Assembly: GCA_964016885.1 (NCBI GenBank)
Contig: CAXHJY010000719.1
Coordinates: forward strand, 1 to 64,000
DNA from: Eledone cirrhosa
Taxonomy: Eukaryota
DNA: 64,000 bases
Direction of reading: 5' to 3'
Translations under genes and position numbers: made by a program
Notes under the pieces: generated by a model
What the model saw: the letters and a program-made list of their open reading frames with translations, nothing else
What the model was told of the DNA's origin: nothing
The model's database searches: none
Shown: in pieces, positions 1-20,763 of the stretch
Layout: each line of letters begins with the position of its first letter
How positions within the stretch are numbered: position 1 is the first letter of the stretch

Positions 1-588
1 CGAGTACGGCCACTACTTTATATCCATGTAGGAGAACCCCTACCGATGCGCTGAACGAGTGTGACTTTTCAGTCCGGCCAGCGACTTGAAAACCCCGGTA
101 CAAACACTACACTTGTGACAATTATTGACACATAGTGCTGAGCCCATGGTGCCATGTGACGACAAGTGCAGAGAGATCTCCAGATATAAAGCAATGCCTG
201 TGCCGTGAAGTTTTTATAGTGAGCAAAGGCACTGCACAAAGCCAGTCCCACTCTCTTAACCAAGATGATATTTACCAAAAAGAAGAACAAGTCAACATCA
301 TTGGATACCATCAGGGTTGCAGGTGTGATATCAGAGTTTTCCTTCTCCTAGAATTCTGCCTTGACAAAGGCTAAGGGGTCATCTCTCCCGGTGATTTTGG
401 ATGGCCATTGACTCTTAAGAGTTCCTTTGCCCTTTGACAGGTTTTGTTTTAGTCCTGCAGGATGTCCAAATTCACCCTCCTCACCAAGAAACCTTGGTGG
501 GGTTGCCAGTTTAGTCGCCAACGACCCGACCATGAGACAGGTTGTACTGGGATACATGTTACCAGTAGCACCAACTGGTGACCTGACA
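1..588 (-). mobile_element. Non-autonomous RTE-derived retroposon (RTE-like 5'UTR joined to 3' end), copy 1, cut by window start
   Basis: Near-identical to 38741-39341 and, inverted, to 5365-5925. Contains the RTE 5'UTR-like motif CTAGGAGAAGGAAAACTCTGA and a terminal C2H2-like remnant ([17 protein letters not shown] in copy 2). No RT. Confidence 0.7.
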
Positions 589-1880
<1,292 letters not shown>

Positions 1881-1881
1881 G

Positions 1882-2183
1882 TATCATCATCATCATCACC
1901 GTTTTACGTCCGTTCTTCCACGCTAGCATGGGTTAGACGGGTTGTCCTGTTGTGGGCAGTGTCTGGTCGGCTGACCATGCCTTGCTCATACAGGAACTGA
2001 TCTGGCTTGATTTCTACAGCTGGATGCCCTTCCTAACACCAACCTCATTTACAGTGAGTGCTGGGTGCTTTTCCGTGGCGCCTACACGTCCACCTTGCGG
2101 TGGGGGGGGGGGGGGGGGGGCATATTGTTTATATGCTTCAGCATGTACCCATGGGAGGTCGGGTACCCTGTATTACTGCGTGA
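1882..2183 (-). mobile_element. 3' fragment of RTE LINE family B
   Basis: Matches the 3' ends of 40043-40390 and 61830-62180, including the (ATG)n tail. Confidence 0.85.
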
Positions 2184-9206
<7,023 letters not shown>

Positions 9207-10222
9207 ATGATGTGCCAGAGAATGCAGTACCGAAAAAACATTGCGTCAATGTTTCCGGTGTATGTATGGGCGCTCATAGCATGTGGAGATGTCGCACCAA
9301 ATATAACCTGAAGAAGAGGGCAGCGGGCATTCCTGCAATTTCAAGGATGATTTCCTGAGCTGTAGCAGTTCCTCGTTGATCCGCTGCAATCTTATGGAGA
9401 TCGATAGTGGCACTGGTGTGTGGATTGCATTAAGTTCCATGCGCGACAGGGCATCAGCTGCTGAGTTGGTGGCACCCTTAATGTACCGAATATCAATAGC
9501 ATTCTGAAAAATGAATTCCAGATGTCGGACCTCCCTGGGTGAGTGGCGGTCAAGCTTCGCGTTGAAGGCGTACACTAGTCGTTTGTGGTTGGTGTATATG
9601 GAGAACACGTGTCGAAAATGCTTGACAGCAAAATGTGCTGCCAATAATTCACGACTGCATGTGCTGTACTTAGTTTTGCTTAGAGAAAAAAAATACAGGA
9701 CGCCAAATATCGCCAGGGAGTTGTTGAAGCTCACATCCAACTCCGAAATTGGATGCATCAGTCAATAAACACATTGGGGCATCAGGTTTGGGGTAACTCA
9801 GCATTATAGCCTCGGACATTTTCTTCAACTCAGCGAAAGCGGTACATTCTTTTCGCTGAGATTGATTTTTGCATTCTTGGTTGTATGCTGCCCTCAGCAA
9901 ATCTGTGAGCAGTTGGGCTGTCTCTGCACAGTGGGGTATAAATCTTCTGTAGAAATTCACCAGGCCAAGAAATTCTCGCAGAGAGATGTGGGTTGTGGAA
10001 AATCAATGATGGATTTGACCTTCTCCTTAAGTGGGCGAATGCCATCTTCATCAATGATGCGTCCCAGAAAATAAAGGGACGCAACTCCGAACTCACATTT
10101 GCTGGGGTTGATAACAATACCGTAAACGTGTGAATAACAGGTGCAGGTCCCTCTCGTGTTCTTCATCGGAGCCGTTGGCAACCAGTAAGTCGTCGATGTA
10201 TGCTTATACAAAAGGTAGACCT

Positions 10223-11965
10223 CTAGTGACTATCGATGAATCGTTGCAATGTCTGCGCTGCATTACACAAACTGAAAGGCATATGCAGGAATTCGAACAT
10301 TTCAAAGTGTGTTGTGACGGTGGTCTTCGGAATATCAGCGGGCCCCACAGGTATCTGATTGTAAGCTCGCACAAGATCGATCTTCGAAAATATGCGAGCT
10401 CTGTGCAGCGAACTAGAGAAGTCCTGTAGATGAGGCACTGTATAGGTGTCAGGCACGGTGCAGTTGTTCAGTGCTCGGTAGTTGCCACAGATTCGCCAGT
10501 CGTTCGACGACTTCTTAGGTACACAATGTATGGGTGAGGACCAGTTGGTGCTGGACGGATGTATAATGCCGAGATCCAGCATGTGTTGAAATTCTTGTCT
10601 GACGGACTTCACACGGTCTGGTGGTAGCCTTCTAGGTCGTGCAGCGACAGGTGGGTCGTGTCTTTTTATGTGGTGGGTGACGTCATGTTTTACAGGGCAG
10701 GCGTTGAATACTGGTCGAGCTACATCTGGGTATTTGTTGATTATATAGCTGTGCCGGGTTGTTGTTGCCGATCGTGAAATAACTGGACTGACTGTGGCTG
10801 TCCGAGCGGCTATGTCGCGCACAGCGCAACCAGTGGGATTGTCAACGAGACGTTGGTTTTTCTGGTCTACTAGCAGTGAGAAGTGCTGAAAAAAATCAGC
10901 TCCTAAAATAGGGGTCGGATGCTTAGCCACAATGAATACCCACTGGAAAGTGCAACGTAGTCCTAAATTTAGTGTCAGGGACTGCTCTCCGTAGGTCGGA
11001 ATATGTGAATGATTCACCGCTTGGAGCCAGGCTGGTGTTTGTTTCTTTTTTCCAGGAACGCAGGAAACCGAGATGATGCCGACTTCAGCCCTGGTGTTGA
11101 CCAGTAAACGCGTGCCTGTGACGCGATCCTGAATGAAAAACAGGCGACTTTGATTATGAGGGCCAGAAAAGTTCGTTGCATTCAGTTTTCTGGCTGTGTC
11201 GTTTCCCTGATTCGACATCGACACAAATGAACAGGGATGGCTGCACTTGCGCGCCCGTCTTCCGAATTTTGGGTGGTACCAACACATTTCTGGTGAATCA
11301 TAGGATGCGCTCGGACTTCTTGAGCGTCTACCAAATCGGCAAGTTCGACTGTTAGACCAACGTGTGGCAGGGTTACCCAGTGACAAGGCCTGAATTTGTT
11401 GCGTCAAGGCCTGTATCTGTGTAGCTTGCTGTGCCAGTAACTGGTGTAGATCGGGCATCTCTGTGGTACTGGAGGGCTGAAGGAAAGGATTGGTGGAAGG
11501 CACGGCTGGCGTCACATTCACTAAAGTTGAGTGCAGATGTGGTACCTCCATGATCTTATCTGCCAGCTCGGCGAGTTCTTCAATGGAGGTGGACTCCCTG
11601 GTGGAGGCTAAGACAACTTGTGTGGCAGAAGGCAAACGCTGGAGGAAGAGTTGCTTGAAAATTTCATCTGGGAGTTTATGATCTCCCAGGAGCTGCTTCA
11701 TTCGCCGTAGGAGTTGCGTCGGCTTTTTATCTCTTAATTCCTCCAATACGAGGAGCTGGTGCAAGCGCTTCTGCTGCGACTCTGACGTCCGCTTAATTAA
11801 CATTCTTTCAAATGTGTCATATGACACAGAGCCGGGTGGTGCTAAAATGAGGTCTCGAACCTCATTCATAATCTCCGGAGACATGTGTGAGACGAGATGC
11901 CTCGCTAACGATCCAGTTCGATGCGAACTGCGCTTCGATGTACACGAACCACAGTATTGGAACAT
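10223..11965 (-). pseudogene. Gypsy gag-protease-RT ORF remnant
   Basis: 580-aa ORF with the motifs above; frameshifted at both ends. Confidence 0.88.
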
Positions 11966-12103
11966 GCACCCAGAACGGTGGTATCTTTAATGTAAACGGC
12001 ACCCGGACTGCCATTTCTGCTGTAGATGAATCGTCGTGTGCTCGAAACATCGTTTGTTGTGAATAATCAGAAGGTTGTGTGTCTGTTTCACGGGGTCACC
12101 AGT

Positions 12104-12839
12104 TGTAACGCATAAGTGAATAGATGGTATGATGGTCTCAATGCAAAGAATAATACCAGGATTGTGTTGTTACAATGTTTATTTTATTAAAACAATATTC
12201 AATTTGAATATTGAATGATAAAATTTATAACATGAAATATTCGTACAATGAGTAGGTGGCTCTACGAGCCACGTAAATGCAAATATCACAGAATACGATT
12301 ATAATAGAATTTGTATTGTATCTGAAAGATACAATATGACAAACAGAAATGGTGCGTGTGAAATGAAAACAGTGTGAACTTACTATGTGTGCGTGTGTGC
12401 GTATTAGTATACTTTCTTGTTTTAGCAGTAGTAGTAATCAATCAGCCAGGCGGGAAAGGCGTGTGAGAAATTAGTAGACAGACTGGTTTTTCGTGAAGGG
12501 AGATTTGACAGCGTAGGTGAAATACCTCCGTTCTTGTCTGTGGTATCACTTTTTCTGCCGGGCGTAAACAACCCTTGTATTTATAAGAGTTGAAGTCAGA
12601 AGGATAGATATATCCTCTGACCTCTTTTCTGCCAGGTGTAAACAACCCTTGTATTTACAACGGCTGAAGTTAGAAGGATGGATATATCATCTGACCTCTT
12701 TTCTGACTGACGTAAACAACCTCTGACCTGTGTTTAGCATCTCCCAAGGGGTTGGTCTGACGGGGGTAAACAACTAACCACGGCTTGTCCTAGAGGCGGG
12801 AAAGCTCAGATTCGGTTTCGAATCTTCGCCGCCGTTATA
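12104..12839 (-). repeat. 5' LTR of Gypsy 1
   Basis: TGTAACG...CGTTATA near-inverted termini next to a TGGTGACCCCG PBS; internal ~74-bp tandem units. Confidence 0.75.
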
Positions 12840-14819
12840 CATATATATAAATCTATATATGTACATATACACACTCCCATATATATATATATTGAGTGAG
12901 TGTGAAAGACCAAATGTAATTATTGAAAGTCTCTGGATGTGTATATATCACAAGGTACTTTTTATTGGAGAAAGTAAAAACGATCACTTGCATACTCTAC
13001 TCTAAATAACAGTATACTATACATTCACAATTATTTATAAATTCAATTATAAAATTCTGTATTAACATTTATTATTACTGTATACTGCCAGTAATATGTA
13101 CAGTATATATATACACTATAATTAGTAAAAAAAATTACACATTTTTTCCCGCAAAAATTTGATTGAACTGTTTTGTTTTCACATGTATTTTTTTTAAATG
13201 TTATCCATTCAAAATTAAATGATAGCATTCTACATGTGAGTGGGCCCCCTTTATCTCATGGCAACCAATATTTTTAGACCCAGTCCGCCACTGCATATAT
13301 GTGTGTAAAAATTACTGTTCTTAAAGATGTTGCTGAACGACAGCAAAGTAATATATGTGTGTAAAAATTACTGTGCTTAAAGATGTTCCGTACGACAGCA
13401 AAGTAAGGCTACACATTTATGATACGTTTATTCTTTAAGAAAAATATTTGAAGGTATAAGAATACATCTGCCGCATCTCAAAGCATCAAGCACTCTTTGC
13501 TTCAGGCTAAAGGCATCTAATATATTATATCATAGTTTATTCCCCTCTATTCTTATGATATATGTCTCTTACTTTTATACATACATATATATTTGTGTGT
13601 GAATACATTTTCCATTTAGTAATATCAATCCCCAAAGTGAACAATTGAAAAGTGAAAGATAAAACGACTGTAATGGGAAATACCAATAAATACACACATA
13701 TTGTGGCTTTGTTGAATTGTTTCAATTTATGTATATTCGTTGATATTGGATAATAAAAAAAGGTGGACTATCTCTTTGTTGTTATTTAGTTCCAAGTCAG
13801 CCATAACTAATGGCATTCCATTCATGACTATCCCACCTTTTGTCAGGATTTCCAACATCAAGTTATCTAAGAGGTCTTTTCTGTTTGTTTTTTTTTGTTG
13901 TCCTTTTTTTACGATAGGATATGATTTGAAGGCGCATTTGCTGCTATATGAATAGGGGTGGTAGTAGTGATATTGGTAGAGTCTTAATGTTGTTTAACCA
14001 TAAGTCAGCTCTTTAAGGGTCTATGACTACATTAGCTAATATGTCCTTCGTATTTTTTTAAAGGGATTTGGTGTGAGTTGACTGTTATTTCAAGCATATT
14101 GAGTGACAATGTAAACGATTCCTCGTTGGCTGAAAGTGGGTGGGTTAGTTTAGTGCGCCAAAAGAAATTCGTAAACACTGCAGACAGAGAATTTCGTCAA
14201 ATGGTTTTGTCTTTTTGTATTTATTTTATCCTTTTTTTTTTTACTATATTAACTCACACGACTGAGCCCATCACTAATCACATCGAAATGTAATTAATAT
14301 ATAAACATTAATCCCACTTACCACAAATTATTGACATATTTGCCCAAGATACGATTCAAAAATAATATTTTACTTTTCTTTTAAACATAAGAAGATAAAT
14401 ATCCCGAGAATGATATATATAATAGACTATGAAAATTCATTCAGTCATTAAAAATGAATAATTGAAAGATAAAGGCTAAGTTACTTACATGATCAACAAC
14501 TATCGTGTCTAACTATGCAATCCAGCAGGGAGCAATGCGATAACAATGATATGCAAGGGCGGATAACTCAAACAACGTTATGTCAAGTACTGCCGGATTT
14601 AGTTCTTAAATTATCAAACGTGAAGTAGTTGATTCGATCAGGGTTGATGATTATCATAATATAACTGAATAGTCGATTGGTTGACACTTCTCGTCTGCAT
14701 TTAATAATTTTTTTACGGTCATCTACCAATATATATTTTTCTCTCTTTCTTTTCCTTTCTGTTTTCCCTTTCCTTTATATTATATTTGTTTGTGCTTTCG
14801 TTCTGTAAGCATTGTATTC

Positions 14820-14873
14820 CCTTTACGGACTGAGTTCAAATCCCACCGAGGTTAACTTTGCCTTTCATCCTTA
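14820..14873 (+). mobile_element. Fragment of octopod-type tRNA SINE (OK/OR-like)
   Basis: GAGTTCAAATCCCACCGAGGTTAACTTTGCCTTTCATCC, shared with 52055-52240. Confidence 0.65.
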
Positions 14874-15265
14874 TGTAAAAAATGGGTAATTTAAAAAAAA
14901 ACCTGGGTAAATTTGAAATTTATAGTTAAAAAGCTGGGTAAATTTTAAATATGTGTAAAAGTTAGATAAATTAAAAAATTGTCTATAAAATGGTAGCTTT
15001 TAGATGTGGGTTAAAGGTAAGTAAATTAAAAATGTGGAGAAATGATAGGTAAATTTAAAAAGAAATTTGAGTAAAATAAAAAAAATTGTGAAAAAGCTAT
15101 GTAAATTGAAAAATCCTGGGGAAATATGAGAATAAAGTACAAAATTGTGGGTAAAAGTTGGTTAATTTTTTTTTTAATGTGGGTAATTTGTTTTAAAATG
15201 TGGGTATTTTTTTAACATGGGTAAAAAGGTGGGTAAGTTTTAAAAAACTGGTAAAAAGGTAGGTA
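14874..15265. repeat. Degenerate GGGTAAA/A-rich minisatellite
   Basis: Many imperfect GGGTAAA and GGTAAATT units separated by A/T runs. Confidence 0.55.
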
Positions 15266-15646
15266 CATAGAATAAATGAATGAATGAGAGTTTTGTTAGA
15301 TGGCTTGTTGACAATGACACTGCTAACTGATTCCTTACCATATTTCTAATAAAAGACAGTCCTCATAGTTCTCAAAATTTTGAAAATAATCAAGAATACG
15401 AGGGGATTTAGTAATATAATTAACTTTCTTATTATCATCAAACTTTTTAAATTCTTCAATGTGTATAAAAATATAATAAAAATTCATTGAACAATAATGA
15501 TAAAGAAAAGAAAAAAAGCGAGGGTGGGGCTATTCACCACCATGTGCGACAATCTGCTGCACCTCACACCTTAGGGGTTAACTACACACTTTGAGGCAAG
15601 CCATCATGTTCGCAGCATTACCACAGGTGATGGCGGGGCTAAGGCG

Positions 15647-16030
15647 CTTCTTCTTCTTCGAAGCATGTGGTTATATGACAGTTTCCCATTTCTTTACACA
15701 GTCCTTTGCATTATTATTAAATTCTGCGAGATCTTTTAAGCTCCACTGGTTGGGTAGTAGAGGGCAAACAAGGCAATGCTGCATTGTATGGTCCTCCTCT
15801 CCACATTCGCAGATGGTTGGGCCAGTCTTGTAGCCCCATCTGGCCATAGCAGCTTTTGATCACGCCATTCCTGGACCCATGGTGGTTCTGAGCCAGGAGG
15901 GAGGGCTTCAGGAGGGGGGATTCCCATGTCAATAGGAAGGGAGTTATGCTCTAGCTTTCTAGTCCATAGCTGTAGTCTGGTTTCTTCCTGAGATGTTGTA
16001 TGCCAAAATAATTTCGGAAACCATTGCAAG
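15647..16030 (-). mobile_element. 3' fragment of Vingi/Ingi-like non-LTR retrotransposon
   Basis: Minus-strand frames give LPPGSEPPW and MARWGYKTGPTICECGEEDHTMQHCLVCP (CCHC knuckle), followed by a (GAA)n tail. Confidence 0.6.
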
Positions 16031-16142
16031 GAGACATACGAAAAGCATAGAGTTCACAAATGGCTATGGCATTATTCCTTTCTGATCAACTTTTCGTTAA
16101 AAAATAACTTAACTCATTTGGATACGTTTATAAACACTTTTC

Positions 16143-16694
16143 GGCACTACCATGCTATTAGATGTCAGAAGTGAAAGTTTCGTCAACCTTCTCAATCGTA
16201 AACATCGTTTATTTCCGTATTACCACGACTTCTGACAGTTAATACCATGAACTTAAATGAATTTTCACCAACAGTGGAGTTACTTCTGACAGCTAATACC
16301 ATGAACTATATTTTCATAGTCACAGTTATCAATGTAGAAAACAAGTCATTTTCACCAACAGTGGAGTTAACTTATATGAAAATATAGGTGGCCCTTAAAA
16401 GGGCCAAATTAGAAAACAAATATATGATTATCAAATTTTTTTAACCAACCCTATACATGAAATTGATAACCATGACTATGAAAATATAAATGATTAAATC
16501 CAATTTATTTGATAACCATGACTTGTTTTCTAATTTGGCCCTTTTAAGGGCCACCTATATTTTCATTTAAGTAACTCCACTTACATCGATATGCTTTATT
16601 AAAATAACGCGTGGTAATACGGAAATAAACGATGTTTACGGTTGAGAAGGTTGACGAAACTTTCACTTCTGACAGCTAATAGCATGTTAGTGCC
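16143..16694. mobile_element. Merlin-like MITE: ~85-bp TIRs (GGCACTA...TAGTGCC), 8-bp TSD CACTTTTC/CGCTTTTC, inner inverted repeat
   Basis: 16143-16227 is the near reverse complement of 16610-16694. TSD at 16135-16142 and 16695-16702 (one CpG-type difference). GG-starting TIRs plus an 8-bp TSD fit Merlin. Confidence 0.72.
16537..16557 (+). promoter_or_regulatory. Histone mRNA 3' stem-loop-like motif (mirror copy 16385-16405, - strand)
   Basis: GGCCCTTTTAAGGGCC followed by ACCTA: 6-bp stem, 4-nt loop and ACC 3' flank match the SLBP-bound consensus. Confidence 0.55.
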
Positions 16695-16889
16695 CGCTTT
16701 TCTTTTTAGAATCATACACTGAACTTAGAATATTTAATCCGGAACTGAAAACTAGTTCACGAGAGAATATGTTTTTATTCACACCGCCTCATCATTATTT
16801 TTAATCCTTTTATTTTGATAGTAACAAATTTCTGTATCCTCATTTATTTGCGTTCGTCACTCGATGGAGTTTTCATCAGTTAGTTTCCT

Positions 16890-17140
16890 ATGACGATGGA
16901 TTTGTTGCTGAGATGGAGACATTGGATCCGTCCATTAATAATGACTTTTTACGGCTTGTGCCTTCTCGTGGCCTTGCCTCTTTGCGTCGTAGAATTGCAC
17001 AAAGCCGGGGCCGAAACTCATGTGGAAGGTTGGTTTGTCGGAGGCATTTTCGTCATGATGGCTCTGCCGATCTCTTTATGGGGAATTCTCCAACATCTTA
17101 TCCATTATACTCAAGCTCATCTTCAACGTCACATAATCAG
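16890..17140 (+). CDS. TMEM184C: First coding exon of transmembrane protein 184C-like (OSTalpha/TMEM184 family)
   Basis: MTMDLLLRWRHWIRPL...PISLWGILQHLIHYTQAHLQRHIIR resembles the TMEM184C N-terminus (WRQWIRPL...[25 protein letters not shown]). Canonical donor CAG|GTAAGA at 17140/17141. Confidence 0.9.
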
Positions 17141-17253
17141 GTAAGAGAATTACACTCACGCATACACACCTACTTTAAACGTACATTTATCTCGAAAGTT
17201 TTACATAGGAACATCATACATTTTTATGTTATTCCCCCCCCCCCTCCTCCATA

Positions 17254-17351
<98 letters not shown>

Positions 17352-17499
17352 AGAGTCTGCGGTACTGAGACCGAGGAGACCACTAATCATGGGAGTACTC
17401 GATGTATGGGGAGATGCAGAGTATATATATATATATATATATATATAAATGAAAGGTATAGAAAATATTGTAGCAAAAAGCCAACAGTATTCCATAATA

Positions 17500-17545
<46 letters not shown>

Positions 17546-17550
<5 letters not shown>

Positions 17551-17889
17551 ATATTAAATAAATGGAAACTATATTTATAAAACCATATTTATTCTATTAT
17601 ATATATTTCAAGGGTACCAAAACTTTGGTACGCTTTCATCAGATAAAATACAAAGTTTGTTTTATAAATTTTGACATAACCAAGAAAAGATACCTTAACG
17701 GTTCAAGTTTTTCTTGGATAATCCAAGAAAAACTTGAATCGTTAAGGTATCTTTTCTTGGTTATGTCAAAATTTATAAAACAAACTTTGTATTTTATCTG
17801 ATGAAAGCGTACCAAAGTTTTGGTACCCTTGAAATATATATAATAGAATAAATATGGTTTTATAAATATAGTTTCCATTTATTTAATAT

Positions 17890-17894
<5 letters not shown>
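17546..17894. mobile_element. Palindromic PLE pLTR-like insertion (174-bp arms, centre 17720)
   Basis: Near-perfect palindrome within (TA)n. Outer ends are homologous to the pLTRs at 47070 and 49890. Confidence 0.8.
17790..17850 (+). ncRNA. Minimal type I hammerhead ribozyme (mirror copy 17590-17650, - strand)
   Basis: TATTTTAT-CTGATGA-AAGCGTACCAAA GT TTTGGTACCCTT-GAAA-TATATA-TA-ATAGAATA. Stems I and II pair; stem III is palindromic. Confidence 0.75.
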
Positions 17895-17956
<62 letters not shown>

Positions 17957-18269
17957 TATAAGTAGGCGCATATTACATACAATGGCAATTATATCAAGAA
18001 TGCTCCCACCCTCTTTTCGTTATATTAAAAAACAAACACTTTCATAAAAATATTATTTAACGAAAACATTTGCGAAAAACATCTCAAGTTCAAACTACTT
18101 TAAGGTGTTCTTTAAGTAATATTTGTACTTTTAACCATGCACTAGGCTATATATGTTAAGGGTATTGAAAATAAAGTTGAGTTATTTACACATTAATGCT
18201 CTAATTAAGACGGTCCCATACAATTAGTACTAATTATAATTATTCATTAGGTCAGAGTTCACGAGGGAT

Positions 18270-18560
18270 CCTCTAATTGGTCGCTCGATCTGTTAGGAAT
18301 AGCAGCCAATTCCCCGTCAAATTATGTCCTACTGCTAAAACAGGAATGCCTTTGATCATGCGACTGTTCGACTCTAGGGCTAAACAACAACAACATACTT
18401 GGATAAATTCAGTCGTCGATAGCTCTCAACTCGTACGATAAAGACGGTCTAGCTGAGCTAAGGAGCGAGGGTATTTTAGCACGGGGTCGATCGACGTGCT
18501 AAAAATAGCAACCAAATATCTTTAAAATCACACCCCCACAGTCTTAAAAAAGAAAGTAAA
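18270..18560 (+). mobile_element. Two degraded SINE 3' fragments
   Basis: Two diverged copies of a GGTCG.TCGA...AATAGCA.CCAA...AAAT motif at ~18279 and ~18485. Confidence 0.45.
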
Positions 18561-18677
18561 TATTAGGCTATCATTGACAATAGAGCACGAAATATATACC
18601 GAACTTGTCCTTTGGACTGAGTGCTCTACCAACTTTGGATATAAGCTCCCGTTTTTCCACTACTATATATTTCTCAT

Positions 18678-18870
18678 TATCATCATCATCACCATAATTT
18701 AAAGTCCATTTTCGATGCTTGCATGGGTTAAACGGGTCGTCCGCGTCATAAGACATGTTTAGTATGATTGGACGCGCCGTACCTTGCTCAGACTGAATTA
18801 TAAATTTGGCCTGGACTTTTACAGATGGATGCCCTTCCTAAAACCAACTACATTTACAGTGTGGAACTAG
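18678..18870 (-). mobile_element. Old RTE-tail/SINE fragment
   Basis: (CAT)n plus GGATGCCCTTCCTAA motif shared with the RTE 3'UTRs. Confidence 0.55.
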
Positions 18871-19859
18871 ATCTCACCGTTATGAGGAGGGACAGGCCGG
18901 CTGGCTGCGCTGAACCCTTCTCACAGTAGAACCATAGTTTGGGAGCCACACCCACATTTATATTGTGGAGCTGAGGCAAGTCTGGTCAGTTGGCCACACC
19001 GTACCCTGCTCACAGCGGAACTATAGTTTATGAGGGAGATTGGGTCAGTAGGCAATGCCAAGCCTTACTTGTAAAAGTAACCATGTTACTGGTGAGCCAC
19101 ATCCAAGTCAGTTAAGCCACATGGGTTTTTGTTGTCAGGATTTAGCTGGAATTCCACTTTGTTGCTTCTGCTGTCAAACTTATATCTAGAAGCTTTCTTG
19201 AGTTTGGAAAAATAAACGTTGGTAGTCATGGTAATGGTGAGATGTCAACAGTGTCACTGCCACTGCCAACTACAAATATGACTTACTCAGAGTTTCTTCC
19301 CTTAGCATGTGTTAAAATACAAACACAATGCTTTCAAACTGTATAGGGATCTTTTTGTTCACGGGTTAAATATTAAGTAGATATGACATTTATACTTACA
19401 TGGAAGAGATATAAAGAATGTATGACAAAATGTGCTGCTGGCAATAGAAGAGAGAGCGGATTTTTATATTAAAGCATGTGTTTGTTGTTGCTTTATGTTG
19501 ATTGAACACGTGTTGCTCACTTGTTTTAGCTGTATCTCCTTTCATACAGGAGAGAGAGAGACATTCAAAACTGAAGCAACCGTGTATTTATTGCTTTAGT
19601 GTCAGCTACTATGTTAAATGCGTGTCGCTCACTTTCTTTGCTTTCTTTATCTCTGTTTCTTTCTCTCTTTGTTCATGCATTGTGAACATACTTGCTTAGT
19701 TTCATCTTTGGCTTTCAGCACTCTATTTAATTTCACGTGTGCTTTCTCTCAAATTCTCACTTCTTCATTCCCCCTATTTTTCCTCATATTCCATCGTAGT
19801 GAAGATGATAACTCACGACAACGACAGATTGACAAACAGACAAGCAAACATATAAACAA

Positions 19860-19993
19860 ATGAATACAGGTACAAAACCCTATTCCTGGGTCTAAAGAAC
19901 TCACAGGCCAAGTTTGAACATGGTTGGTCCACTGGTTTTTAAGTGCATTGGAGACAAACAGACAAAGAAATTAGCTATTTTATATATATAGAT
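19860..19993 (+). mobile_element. Helentron/DINE-like non-autonomous element end
   Basis: GCCAAGTTTGAA..TTGGTCCA..GACAAACAGACAAA..TTTTATATATATAGAT resembles typical HINE/DINE termini. Confidence 0.4.
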
Positions 19994-20269
19994 AAATATA
20001 AATATGTAGCTATGTATATACATATGTATATATATGTATCTCTCTCTCCCTCTTCTCTCTCTTTATATATATATATACACGCACACACACTCATACTCTA
20101 AATGTGGTTGGAGTTAGGAAGAGCATCAAGCTGTAGAACCCAACCCAAAATCAGTTCTGTATGAGCAAGACATGGTCATCGGACCTGTCTTGGCTCACAT
20201 CGTGACAACTCATCTAACACATGTTAGCATGGAAAACAAAAAAAAAAGCAACAGCAAAATATAGGCAAA

Positions 20270-20763
20270 ATGAATCAGAAGAACAAAGATCAAAATGGCT
20301 TGCTGATGATAGGACAAGATGAATTAGATGTACGAAACTACAGCACAAAACAGACAGCATGAATCAGATGCACAAAGATAATCAAGGCTTCAGCAACAAA
20401 GAAGAAGTGGACAGAATAGGCAGGATGAATCAGAGGAACAAAGATGAAATAGGCTTGCTGGTGATAGGACAATGGAAACAACTATTCACCAAGAGGAATC
20501 AGATGAACAAGAAATCATTAAGACAGCAAATGGAGAGAAATAGAGCAGCTCAAAGGTGGGCATGAAGAAACTGAAGCTCAAACAACACAAAGTAAACAGA
20601 GAGCAAGAACAGAAGATTTATGATTTAGAAGGGTTGCCAAGTGGAACTTTGCTGCCTTTAGTTACAATCTACATCAAGACTATGCCTCAAAACTTTTAAT
20701 TTGAATTTCCTCAATGAACAGAATTTGTCTAAATTGTGATGCAAAAAAATGGAATGGTGGGTC
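20270..20763 (+). pseudogene. Helitron Rep/helicase N-terminal relic, left part
   Basis: ESEEQR-like (STPR-like) repeats, then CLNCDAKKWNGG, which continues in frame after the Gypsy insertion. Confidence 0.7.

Larger units (their letters stand above)
9207..12839 (-). mobile_element. Degenerate Ty3/Gypsy LTR retrotransposon (CsRN1-like), 3'-truncated at the TA array
   Basis: Gag IPPFW..P.LWF..IEAQF with CHCC motif CWYHPKFGRRARKCSHPC, protease-like LVNTRAEV, RT IFSKIDLVRAYNQIPV, RNase H LTDASNFGVG/YSTCSRELLA. PBS 12090-12101. LTR 12104-12839. Confidence 0.93.

Noticed and set aside
13296-13406. ~55-bp direct repeat pair as CRISPR-like
   Set aside because: Simple tandem duplication with no spacers, in eukaryotic context.
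13540-14300. Possible decayed ORF
   Set aside because: Several stops and no motif I can recognise.
16385-16557. Histone gene implied by the stem-loops
   Set aside because: No histone-like ORF on either strand nearby.
17562-17878. Mirror 79-aa ORFs on both strands
   Set aside because: A by-product of the palindrome; no recognisable protein.
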